Shown here piece by piece: positions 9,226 to 17,682 of a stretch of DNA of 64,000 nucleotides (position 1 is its first letter; the number at the start of each line of letters is the position of its first letter). A program made the position numbers and the translations under genes. Origin of the DNA: a virus (taxonomy: Duplodnaviria; Caudoviricetes); IMG/VR virus record IMGVR_UViG_3300029305_005724, positions 128,001 to 192,000 of that record. The stretch is one strand, 5' to 3'. The notes under the pieces are model-generated. The model searched no databases. It was given only the letters and a program-made list of their open reading frames with translations, and was not told the DNA's origin.

Positions 9226-9665
9226 AGAAAACTGTCCTTATGCGAAAGCATAAGCCGATGTGGTTAATTGCTGGGAGTCTAGTCTGAAAATGATCATGAT
9301 AATCAGCAGCGAAGTAAGATTTATATGGCAGGATGGCGAAATTGGAAAACGCAGTCGACGGCCTTATATCGTTTACGTGGCTACCCCCGTGATATAAGAG
9401 TCGATTTACTGGTTCTAGTCCAGATCCAAACTGAGGTGTTCGAGCCCCTCTCCTGCCACCAAATCTTAAACGTTCAACGACTAGTTAGTAATAACGTAGA
9501 GCCCAAGCTTATGGGGTTAGGTTGTGTTTGGAAAGCACGTGAGTCCTATTAAATCGAAATGCTACAGTCTCATAAGAGATAAGATATAGTCTCAACTTAT
9601 ATGGAAACATATAGCAGTTCATAAGAGAACGGTATAGATGTTGCGAATCTATATGAAGATAAATG
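9226..9665 (+). ncRNA. Group I self-splicing intron (440 nt, IA-like) within the DFD^GD catalytic motif
   Basis: Exon ends in U paired to G in P1 (GAU|AG-AAAA-CUGUC); P2 CUUAUGC-GAAA-GCAUAAG; P AAUUGCUGGGA; Q AAUCAGCAG (9301); R GUUCAACGACUA (9472); S AAGAUAUAGUC (9581); P9 hairpins; terminal G9665. Removal restores AADFDGD in frame. Confidence 0.93.
9327..9461 (+). tRNA. Atypical tRNA-like element (Leu-like) nested in the intron P6 loop
   Basis: Acceptor GGCAGGA/TCCTGCC + A + CCA; UG at 8-9; D arm GCG-AAATTGGAAAA-CGC; anticodon stem GTCGA/TCGAT enclosing a ~40-nt hairpin; hairpin CTGG-TTCTAGT-CCAG; T arm GAGG(T)G-TTCGAGC-CCCTC. Confidence 0.7.
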
Positions 9666-9899
9666 GGTGACACATTGAATATCCTTTTAATCATCAACAA
9701 AGACTTTCAAGAAGCAGCAGAGAATGTATTTAATCCGAGAAATGCTATGTATATCTCTAAGAATGATGGAATGTTTAACAATTCCTACAATCATAAGAGA
9801 GATAGCATTATCAATATGAATACTCTTTGCCAACTTAGCAGAGCTCATTATACAGAAGAGCAGCTTAATAGAATTAAGATAGCTCAGAGCCGTGCTTAA
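9666..9899 (+). CDS. RNA polymerase beta'-like N-terminal subunit, exon 2 (spliced product 499 aa)
   Basis: Begins GGT GAC (GD), completing AADFDGD, then TLNILLI..VFNPRNAMYISKNDG; terminator 9906-9948. Confidence 0.9.
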   Translation, partial: GDTLNILLIINKDFQEAAENVFNPRNAMYISKNDGMFNNSYNHKRDSIINMNTLCQLSRAHYTEEQLNRIKIAQSRA

Positions 9900-10023
9900 T
9901 AAATGTAAAGAGTTCTACTGTAAAAAAGTAGAACTCTTTATTTTTTTTAATATGTGAATTGATGATATATTATAATATTGATAAAATTAAGTATTAATTC
10001 ATATATTTAAGGAGAATGGAATT

Positions 10024-10488
10024 ATGAAATATGGCTATATTTTTGTGCCTGAATCGTTTAGAAAGGATAAAGATTTTTTGGCACGAACTAAAGAAGAACT
10101 TGGTGTAGATGAAATGAGAATTGAATATGGTGAGAATGTTACTCAGAGACCAGAATTTGATGACATTATGTCTACTATCAAAGAAGGCGATATTATTGTT
10201 ACACGTAATATTTGCCATCTTTCTCATACCGGTAAAAATTTTATATCTTTATTGGCCAATTTACAAGCTTTAAAAATAGATCTTGTAGTAACAGAACAAG
10301 GCATAGATACTCGAGATTCAATTAATCTATTTGCTAATGTATTCAAAGCTGCTGAAGATCTTGATAAAGATTATTTAAGAAAAAGGCAAGCAGAAGGCAT
10401 AGCATTAGCAAAGGCTAATGGTGTATATAAAGGACGAAAACCTATTGATATCGATGAGACTTTATTGAAAGAGACTATGGATTCCTGA
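10024..10488 (+). CDS. Serine recombinase/resolvase-like protein with degenerate catalytic motifs
   Basis: RPEF...IKEGDIIV and RQAEGIALAKANGVYKGRKP are resolvase-like, but YxRVS reads YIFVPES and DRLxR reads CHLSH; no HTH before the stop. Confidence 0.7.
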   Translation: MKYGYIFVPESFRKDKDFLARTKEELGVDEMRIEYGENVTQRPEFDDIMSTIKEGDIIVTRNICHLSHTGKNFISLLANLQALKIDLVVTEQGIDTRDSINLFANVFKAAEDLDKDYLRKRQAEGIALAKANGVYKGRKPIDIDETLLKETMDS

Positions 10489-10576
10489 TGATAATGATGC
10501 TCCTCCTATAGAAGAGTATTACGAAGACGAAATTCAAGTTCAAGAAAAAGAAATTCCGGATACTATTCCTGAATTA

Positions 10577-11620
10577 TTGTATTTAAAGTATGAAAATATT
10601 AAGAATAAATTTTTAAAAGTATTCGATGCTTTAGATGCTATAAGAAATCTTCCTAGAAATGCAAATAAAAGATGCTATATGGCATATAATATTGTATTGT
10701 CTATAATAAAGCATTATCTTAATAATTGTGATAATAGTAATTATTTCAACTATGATGAAGATGCGATCCATTATTCTAATACTATAACACCATTTTATAT
10801 TTGGCGTATGTGCAAGAAAATATATCAATTTGATAATGATTTAGCAGATATGGTCAAACATTTGGAAGTTAATAAGTTGGATATGGATCCTAATATGTTT
10901 GAAAGATTACCATATTTAGGTATGTGCATGATAGCTATTGTAAATGACGAAGAAAAGGCAATTTTTGTTTGTCTCGACAAACGTCCGGTAGATGACTATA
11001 AATGCATATATTTCTATTCACTAGATATTGACGTTCTTAAAGAAGAACTTTCAAAGGATACGGTATTTACAGCTCCTATTAAATATTATCTTCCATTAAT
11101 AAAAGGAAAAACAATAGAAGAGTGTATTAAAATTGGAGTTGAACGAAATCATGATCCTATTGAAGAGTATTATGCTGAGAGTCGAGAAGATCATATACAT
11201 CAGTTTACAAATCTTCTTATGTATATCTTGGCAAAGAATGCTGACATAAGTAAGCATAAAAAGTTTATAAGATCTATAAATAATAGCAAGCCTACTATTG
11301 AGCAGGTTGATATAGATTATAAGCTCGATGAATATCATGAAGATCTAGCAGATGTAATGCATGTCGGAATTACGATTGGAGATCGTATCCGTGAAAATGC
11401 CACTATGCTAGAATCTATTGGAACAAAAAGAGGTCATAGGGTTGGCGTTAAAGGAAGCCATAAATCTAAAATACCTCATGTTCGAAAGGCGCACTGGCAT
11501 GGTTACTGGTGCAAGAATAAAAGAACTGGAGAAAGACAATTGGTAATGAAATGGGTTGCCGCTATTATTGTAAATGGAATGCAAGCCAAAAATATCAATC
11601 TTAGCTCCATAAGTAATTAA
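10577..11620 (+). CDS. AcrVA2/FinQ-like protein (putative); frame open from 10469
   Basis: WRxxKxIYxFDxDL, LPY and C-terminal PHVRKAHWHGYW...KWV motifs resemble the AcrVA2 family; no ATG with SD of its own. Confidence 0.55.
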   Translation: MYLKYENIKNKFLKVFDALDAIRNLPRNANKRCYMAYNIVLSIIKHYLNNCDNSNYFNYDEDAIHYSNTITPFYIWRMCKKIYQFDNDLADMVKHLEVNKLDMDPNMFERLPYLGMCMIAIVNDEEKAIFVCLDKRPVDDYKCIYFYSLDIDVLKEELSKDTVFTAPIKYYLPLIKGKTIEECIKIGVERNHDPIEEYYAESREDHIHQFTNLLMYILAKNADISKHKKFIRSINNSKPTIEQVDIDYKLDEYHEDLADVMHVGITIGDRIRENATMLESIGTKRGHRVGVKGSHKSKIPHVRKAHWHGYWCKNKRTGERQLVMKWVAAIIVNGMQAKNINLSSISN

Positions 11621-11639
11621 CTTTTAAAGGAGAAAAATA

Positions 11640-12002
11640 ATGGACAAACAAACCTTAAAGAATCTTGTAAGCCCACTTATTGGACAAGTGGAAATGCTTT
11701 CAAAAGTTCAAGATATGACTTTTAAGATTTCTATGGAAAGAGATCTTAAACAAGTTGGACTTATCAGCAATATCTCTAGCATTTCTAGCTCAGACAGAAA
11801 TGCTGGTCTTTCTGCATTTAACAATCTTCACAATGCCTGCTTTGATCTTTTAGAGAAGGCAGATTGCATTAGAAGTATTTTCGTAGAATGCTATATGTGT
11901 CAAGCATATCAATTTAGCATTACATATGAAAATGGGGAGTTTAAGAATGGAGCTCCTATTATGAAGCATTTAATATATACAAACAGAGGAGAAGTATTAT
12001 GA
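11640..12002 (+). CDS. Hypothetical protein (paralog of next gene)
   Basis: SD AAAGGAG; L..P...V and LH..CF..L pattern shared with 11999-12343. Confidence 0.7.
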   Translation: MDKQTLKNLVSPLIGQVEMLSKVQDMTFKISMERDLKQVGLISNISSISSSDRNAGLSAFNNLHNACFDLLEKADCIRSIFVECYMCQAYQFSITYENGEFKNGAPIMKHLIYTNRGEVL

Positions 12003-12343
12003 CATCAAAAGAAATTGAAGGCCTTATGATGCCTGTTTGCGATTTGGTAAAACAAGTCTGTAAGAAAGATAAGAATTTCGGTATTATAATCAGTAATATT
12101 GAAAATACAGTATCTATTCAAACTGATATTGAAGATGCTGTTGCCGATCGTGCTACTATTTATGCAATTCATAGTACATGTTTTTACACATTAAGCCAAT
12201 ATGAAGATATTAAACGCATTAGTTTTATCCATGCAAAGGGTCAAACGAACTGCACTTGTATTGTAGATTTTCATGAAATAGAAGGATGTATTCCTTTAGA
12301 ATGCACTTCGCATAAATGGACATCAATTCGTATTGAATTGTAA
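11999..12343 (+). CDS. Hypothetical protein
   Basis: ATGA overlap, SD GAGGAG. Confidence 0.7.
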   Translation: MTSKEIEGLMMPVCDLVKQVCKKDKNFGIIISNIENTVSIQTDIEDAVADRATIYAIHSTCFYTLSQYEDIKRISFIHAKGQTNCTCIVDFHEIEGCIPLECTSHKWTSIRIEL

Positions 12344-12432
12344 TCCTTTAGTAGTATAATCACATATTATAATTATGAAGCACCACAAATAAAATGCTTC
12401 AAAAATAAACAATAATAAAAGGAGAATGGAAA

Positions 12433-12669
12433 ATGAGCAATTCCACAAGAATCACAGCAAACCTTAACTGGAAGAGAACAGCTTCTGGTTATACAGCATC
12501 CGTAGTTTTTGACGAGGATGCAAAAAAGAGAGGATTGAGAGTAGATCTCGATTCTGTTCCTATGGGAGTAAGTAGAATCTCTCAGGGAGAAAATAGACTG
12601 GACTTTCATGCAGATTTCGGTTCCGAGATTAGCGTAAAAGATACAGTTTCCTTTATCGCTTCTAAATAA
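12433..12669 (+). CDS. Small hypothetical early protein
   Basis: 78 aa, SD AAAAGGAG, early promoter at 12363. Confidence 0.7.
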   Translation: MSNSTRITANLNWKRTASGYTASVVFDEDAKKRGLRVDLDSVPMGVSRISQGENRLDFHADFGSEISVKDTVSFIASK

Positions 12670-12695
12670 TACATACTTTAAAAAGGAGTGATAAA

Positions 12696-12925
12696 ATGAA
12701 TAAGCACGTGTCCATCATAGGTGCTCACGTAAAGTATTTCGATTTTCTTGGAGAAATGCATTACGGAGCATCATTGCAGTTGAACCTTCACCAAATCCTG
12801 AAGAGCCATACCTCTATATCAGTGATGAAGATGAAGAATTCAATACTCATGAAGATCTGGTCAATGGTACAATGATCAGATATGCTGAAATTAGAATCAG
12901 CAGCGAAGTATGCCTTGATAATTAA
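12696..12925 (+). pseudogene. Small gene with a 1-nt frameshift near 12768 (or a sequence error)
   Basis: SD AAAGGAG + ATG 12696 (MNKHVSIIGAHVKYFDFLGEMHYG); protein-like continuation IIAVEPSPNPEEPYLYISDED... to TAA 12925 lies in another frame; the span is 230 nt. Confidence 0.5.
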
Positions 12926-12942
12926 AAAGGAGGAACCCTATA

Positions 12943-13518
12943 ATGAATAGACTACCACTTATCATTGCCGGCTTTCCTGGAGTTGGAAAGTCTGAAGCAG
13001 GAAGACGTTTACCTGGAAAGGTAATTGATCTCGAATCATCTGATTTCCATTGGATAGTACAGCCTGATGGAAAGAAGGTTGCTCATCCCGAGTGGCCCGA
13101 TAATTATATTCGAGCTATTAAAGCATTAGCTTTAGAAACAGAAGGACTTAAGAACTATAAGGATCTTGAGTTCATCTGTATATCTACTCATGCTGAAGTC
13201 CTCAGTAGACTACAGGATGATTGTATTGGATTCTTTGTTGCATACACAACAGCAACAAAAGAAACTATGATCAAGAGATATATCGACAGAGGAAATACTC
13301 CCGAATTTGTAGAAAAGCTTTTCGCAAATTATGATGCTTGGATTGAGAATATCAAAGCTCACGATGAATGGCATAAACTTGTCATTGATGAAAATGCTTT
13401 TCTTGGAGATTTTCTTGCTCTTGATGATGCATGGGATATTATCATGGATTCTATTGCCGATGATAATATGACAATAAACTTCAATGTTGTCAACCCCAAA
13501 AATGATAGTGCAGTTTAA
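12943..13518 (+). CDS. P-loop NTPase, nucleotide-kinase-like
   Basis: N-terminal IIAGFPGVGKS Walker A, IDLESS, RYIDRGN. Confidence 0.7.
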   Translation: MNRLPLIIAGFPGVGKSEAGRRLPGKVIDLESSDFHWIVQPDGKKVAHPEWPDNYIRAIKALALETEGLKNYKDLEFICISTHAEVLSRLQDDCIGFFVAYTTATKETMIKRYIDRGNTPEFVEKLFANYDAWIENIKAHDEWHKLVIDENAFLGDFLALDDAWDIIMDSIADDNMTINFNVVNPKNDSAV

Positions 13519-13582
13519 TTAATTTAAAATAAAGACAGGTCTAGCACCTGTCTTTATTTTTTTTGTATATTTGATAGCCTTG

Positions 13583-13594
13583 AACATAGAAATA
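13583..13594 (+). promoter_or_regulatory. Putative late (non-virion RNAP) promoter AAC[A/T]-N6-T[A/G]; representative copy
   Basis: Also at 142, 4158, 16088, 16146, 17754, 18132, 25387, 29358, 41037, 42782, 49761, 52434, 54847 (+) and 16020-16031, 23596-23607, 44989-45000, 49189-49200, 58299-58310, 63134-63145 (-), each shortly upstream of a gene; matches the AR9 late consensus AACA-N6-TA/G. Confidence 0.75.
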
Positions 13595-13618
13595 AGAATT
13601 TAAAGGAGGGATGAAATT

Positions 13619-14944
13619 ATGGATAAATCGGAGTTTACAAGATTCACAGCATCGGATTTAGATCAAATTCATTCTAAGACTTTATATAGAAGCATCTGTG
13701 TTCCTAGTACAGTACAGGCATATTCTCTCTGTATAGAGTATGTAAAGCAATGGTTCCTTTCGAAATTTAATAAAGATTATTTTAAATCAATTTATGTAGA
13801 AGGGAAAAATATATATGACGATTTTAGATCGCTAAGTAAAGTTGATCTTATTAAAAGACAAAAGCCGTCTCTTACAATTACACCGTCATTTTCATGGGAT
13901 TTTAATGATGAAAATATAGATGCCTATCCTTACGGCATGGAACTATACACTCAGACTGGAATGTTTAAAAATTCTTTCTTTTCATGTAAAGAAACTGATT
14001 CTTATCTTGGCATAGGATTAGAAACAATACTTATGCCTTTTAATTTTAGGATAAGATTAGAAACTAGAGCTCAGCAGCTAGATCTTTATAAGTTTATAAA
14101 GATGGCTTGCAGAGTTGGATTTACTTGTGGAGAAGATACAAATCTTGATTTTCATATTCCATATCCATTAATGATTCAACTAGCTAAAGATAATGGATTT
14201 ACAACTACTGAAGAAAAGCTTGATGGAAAAGTAGTAAGGGAAAGAATTAATGAAATTCCAAGATTTTTACATTGGCTTAATTCACATAGTGTTCTGCCTT
14301 TTCTTTATAAGCATCGAACTCTTAATGGAAATAATGAATTCTTTTTAAGAATGACAAATATGTATGTACACTTGAGACCAACAGATATTTCTGCAGATGA
14401 TGGTGAGCGAGAAGGACAAATGACAAACAATTTTGCTATCGAACTTTCTGTAGAAGTAAGATTCCCTGCCCCGAAAATGTATGCATATTATTCAAATAAT
14501 GAGCATGAACTAAATACAATTTATAGTAGCTGGTTCCAGACTGGAGGACCGGTAAGCAATTGCTATACATTTAAAGAAATAGAAATCCCTGAAACCAACA
14601 GATATGGATGGGATCTTTATATGTCTACAACTTATGAAGATGATGATTTTGTTCTTACTGAAAGCAAGCTTAATATTGATTTAAGCGAATTACTTGAAGG
14701 AGATATTGGTCGTTGTATTGTAGACTGTATAGAAAAAGGCATTTCTCCTTCTATATTCTGTGAATTTTTATTCTATAATGGAGCAGAATATATTACTGGA
14801 AACTTTGATTGGGAAAGCTTAAAATTTGAAAGTGATGAGCTTGTAAGATCTCCTAATACATATATAGGTATTTATGTAGATAAAGCCTATATTGCCAATT
14901 ATATAACTTCAATCTCTGGATCAGACAGAGTGAATAAGAGTTAA
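13619..14944 (+). CDS. Putative virion structural protein (neck/tail-completion-like)
   Basis: 441-aa ORF under a late promoter; beta-rich; function inferred from context only. Confidence 0.5.
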   Translation: MDKSEFTRFTASDLDQIHSKTLYRSICVPSTVQAYSLCIEYVKQWFLSKFNKDYFKSIYVEGKNIYDDFRSLSKVDLIKRQKPSLTITPSFSWDFNDENIDAYPYGMELYTQTGMFKNSFFSCKETDSYLGIGLETILMPFNFRIRLETRAQQLDLYKFIKMACRVGFTCGEDTNLDFHIPYPLMIQLAKDNGFTTTEEKLDGKVVRERINEIPRFLHWLNSHSVLPFLYKHRTLNGNNEFFLRMTNMYVHLRPTDISADDGEREGQMTNNFAIELSVEVRFPAPKMYAYYSNNEHELNTIYSSWFQTGGPVSNCYTFKEIEIPETNRYGWDLYMSTTYEDDDFVLTESKLNIDLSELLEGDIGRCIVDCIEKGISPSIFCEFLFYNGAEYITGNFDWESLKFESDELVRSPNTYIGIYVDKAYIANYITSISGSDRVNKS

Positions 14945-14949
14945 AAGCA

Positions 14950-14987
14950 ATAAGGAAGAGAATCGCTATGATTCTCTTCCTTAATTT
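14950..14987. terminator. Bidirectional terminator between convergent genes
   Basis: AGGAAGAGAATC/GATTCTCTTCCT inverted repeat. Confidence 0.7.
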
Positions 14988-15991
14988 TATTCATTGTCTT
15001 CAGAATCAGAGACGACAGTGATCTGAGGACTATTTTCTTTCTTAGATCTATAGATATAATGATAACCGATAATCGGAGAAATCTGATTTATCATTTTATC
15101 AATAACAGTATGCACTTCATTATTACGAGTTTCATCGCTTTCGAAAGTATCAACATGACTAAATTCTGCTACAACGAAACCTGTAATTGCTTCATCAGCA
15201 TTTTTAATAGCTTCTATGTAAAGTGATTTTACATTTGAGAATGCAACGAATTCTGCAATAGATCCATCTGTCTTTGCCGACATATCGACATTCTCAGCTT
15301 TATAAACACCAGTTTTCCAAAGATCCTCAATAAAATCATGGAAAAGATGAAGAGGCATTTCCGTATGAGATTTACCTCTAAGAGTATTTGTTACCCGGCT
15401 ATTCCATTCATGAATGCAAGACATTTTAAAGAATGGTAAACCGAGCATTGATGTATTGCCATTATGAAATACATATATAGCAATTCTATCGCATTTAAGT
15501 GCTTTAAGTGCCATACGAGAAGCATCCTTAAATGCCATATTGATATCAATATAGGCGCCTACCAAATCCTTATGGTAGTCGTCGCCTTTTTCTCGCTCCA
15601 ACGTCTCCACCTGTTTCTTAAGTCTGTCAATTTCGGCGAGAAGATTCTCATCTTGGGGTTTAGCTTGCTGTTTAGTTTTTTCCATTTCATAATTAATTAG
15701 TTTATTAAGCATATCTTCTTCAAACTTATTAGAATGGGTTTTACCTTGAAGAATGCCGTTAACCATTTTAGAATTGGAACGAATAATCAATGCAAAAAGT
15801 GCAATAAAAATTAGAAAAAATACGGCTAAAACTACAGCTAATATACCGTATTCTGATATTGAGCCCGCAATGCCATCTACGGCATCTGCGACGTCTCCTG
15901 CTGATTCTTTATCTGAAGAGCCACAAGCCACCATTCCAAGTACCATGAATATACAAAGGAATGCAGCCAAAAGGCATCGTAAATATTTCAT
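14987..15991 (-). CDS. Membrane protein, putative holin with C-terminal GAF-like domain
   Basis: Signal peptide with lipobox-like MVAC, a second TM helix, coiled coil, then CDRIAIYVFHNG...KMSCIHE GAF-like region; late promoter. Confidence 0.5.
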   Translation of the reverse strand: MKYLRCLLAAFLCIFMVLGMVACGSSDKESAGDVADAVDGIAGSISEYGILAVVLAVFFLIFIALFALIIRSNSKMVNGILQGKTHSNKFEEDMLNKLINYEMEKTKQQAKPQDENLLAEIDRLKKQVETLEREKGDDYHKDLVGAYIDINMAFKDASRMALKALKCDRIAIYVFHNGNTSMLGLPFFKMSCIHEWNSRVTNTLRGKSHTEMPLHLFHDFIEDLWKTGVYKAENVDMSAKTDGSIAEFVAFSNVKSLYIEAIKNADEAITGFVVAEFSHVDTFESDETRNNEVHTVIDKMINQISPIIGYHYIYRSKKENSPQITVVSDSEDNE

Positions 15992-16213
15992 AACATCCAG
16001 GCCTCCTATTAGAATATCTTATTTATATGTTTGAAGTAAGGCAGCTCTAGGGGCTAAGAATCGAAGCCTGTTAAAGAGGAGACTCAAAACATATAAATAA
16101 GTCATATATAAATATAGGCAAGAGTTTGATAAATAACTTTGCTCAAACATTGTATTAAATATTTTACGACTTTCAACATTTAATTAAAATTGCTAAAAGG
16201 AGGCCATAAACTA

Positions 16214-16957
16214 ATGGGTGATTACAATTCTAAAGCTAGAATTCCTACTAGGCCTTTGGATAAGCTGAATGAAGATCAGGCTTTACCTAAAGAACTTATA
16301 GTGGATTATGAGAAGCATGAATTATATGTCACTGATGAGGCCGGTGAGATTCATCAGGTAACATCAGCTGGCGGTGGCGTTCTGGTGCAGAACTATGAGG
16401 TTCCCGTAAAGAGCGGAGAAGACAACTGGACTGCTACTGATGGTAACGCTCCCTATATTCAAGAAATTACCGTTTACGGCATTACAGAAGCCGACTATCC
16501 TATTGTAGACGTTATTCTGTCTGCTAATTTCGATGTTGCTTCTGAAGAGCTTGAAAACTACGCTTACATCTACAAGATTAACACTTCTGCAGATAAGATT
16601 ACGATTTATGCAACGAAGCCTACTGCAGTAGACCTTACTCTTGTGATTAAAGTATCTCGCACTTCTGGTGGAGCAGCAACTGCTCATCTTGAAGCCGATG
16701 TACTCGGTGGTACCGCTGCTTGGGAAGTCTCCGATGATGGTACCTATTATACTCAGAATGTTACTCTTGAAGGCATTACTGAGGACGATGCTCCTATTAT
16801 CGACGTTCAACTTTCCGATGATTATGAGGAAGCATCTGCAACTCTTGAAGATTATTCCAAGATTTATAAGATTACGACTGGAGCTAATGTTCTTACCGTT
16901 TATGCAACGGAACCGACAGAAGCTACTCTAACTCTTATAGTTAAAACTACAATTTAA
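16214..16957 (+). CDS. Tail-fibre-associated protein with two tandem ~95-aa repeats
   Basis: Two copies of W....Y.Q.(I/V)T..GITE.D.PI.DV.LS...IYKI.T.A..(I/L)T.YAT.PT; ATG 16214 after AAAAGGAGG. Confidence 0.65.
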   Translation: MGDYNSKARIPTRPLDKLNEDQALPKELIVDYEKHELYVTDEAGEIHQVTSAGGGVLVQNYEVPVKSGEDNWTATDGNAPYIQEITVYGITEADYPIVDVILSANFDVASEELENYAYIYKINTSADKITIYATKPTAVDLTLVIKVSRTSGGAATAHLEADVLGGTAAWEVSDDGTYYTQNVTLEGITEDDAPIIDVQLSDDYEEASATLEDYSKIYKITTGANVLTVYATEPTEATLTLIVKTTI

Positions 16958-16974
16958 ACGGAGGTAAATAGGAA

Positions 16975-17682
16975 ATGAAAGTATTTCAGGTAATTAATGG
17001 TGTTTGTGCTTGGGAAACTAAGCATAAGAGCATCAAAGAAACTATTGGCATGTATCCTAAGGCTTGCCTCTTCGTTGAAGCTCCTGACTATGTTTTCAGA
17101 GGTTGGGGCTATAAGACCAGAGATGACGAGGGCAAAGTTTTGAGAGGAAATGATAGGTTTATTAAGCCTATTCCTCCCGAAGGAAAGTTCTATAATGATG
17201 ATAATGGTAAATTCATCGATGCCGATGAGTATGCCGTTTATGTTGAAAAGTTCATGGTTGCTAAGCAGGCTGCTAACAAGAATGCTCTTGCTGCATTTCT
17301 TGCTAGCCACCCTATGACTTATACAGATGGTAAGCAGTATGGCGTTACCATGGAAGACCAGAGTGAGATTAGCCTTAACCTTACTCAGTATAAGCTTCAG
17401 GTAGATGCTGGTATCGAGAACCCTGTTCTCCAGTGGCATGCTGTTCATGAGGCTTGTGCTGATTGGGCTCCCGAGGCTCTTACCCAGCTTGCACTTGCTA
17501 TCAGTGCTTACGTATATCCTTGGTTCAATAAAATGCAGGCTTATAAGGGCCAGATCTATGCATGTACTACTAAGGAAGAAGTCGAAGCAATTACCTTCGA
17601 CTATAGAACTGAGGAAGAGATTGCTGCTGAAGAGGCTGCTAAAGCAGCTGCTGAGGCCGAGAAGGCTGCAAAAGCTCAGTAA
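16975..17682 (+). CDS. DUF4376-like tail fibre assembly protein
   Basis: C-terminal DGKQY...DQ...LQW...W...L..LA..I..YV...Q..K..I..CTT.EEV.AI pattern. Confidence 0.65.
   Translation: MKVFQVINGVCAWETKHKSIKETIGMYPKACLFVEAPDYVFRGWGYKTRDDEGKVLRGNDRFIKPIPPEGKFYNDDNGKFIDADEYAVYVEKFMVAKQAANKNALAAFLASHPMTYTDGKQYGVTMEDQSEISLNLTQYKLQVDAGIENPVLQWHAVHEACADWAPEALTQLALAISAYVYPWFNKMQAYKGQIYACTTKEEVEAITFDYRTEEEIAAEEAAKAAAEAEKAAKAQ

Noticed and set aside
9381-9383. CTA at the hairpin apex as evidence for amber suppression or TAG recoding
   Set aside because: Not in a canonical 7-nt anticodon loop, and genes up to 11.6 kb are intact under code 11, so there is no sign of stop-codon reassignment.
9325-9552. 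75-aa ORF inside the intron as a possible homing endonuclease
   Set aside because: No nuclease motif or SD; it overlaps the tRNA-like module and the conserved intron core.
10024-10488. Active DNA invertase controlling an invertible segment
   Set aside because: Catalytic serine motif is absent and no flanking inverted recombination sites were found.
12895-12910. 16-nt exact match (AATCAGCAGCGAAGTA) to the intron Q region at 9301-9316
   Set aside because: No accompanying P, R or S elements; a single 16-mer repeat is plausible by chance in 64 kb.
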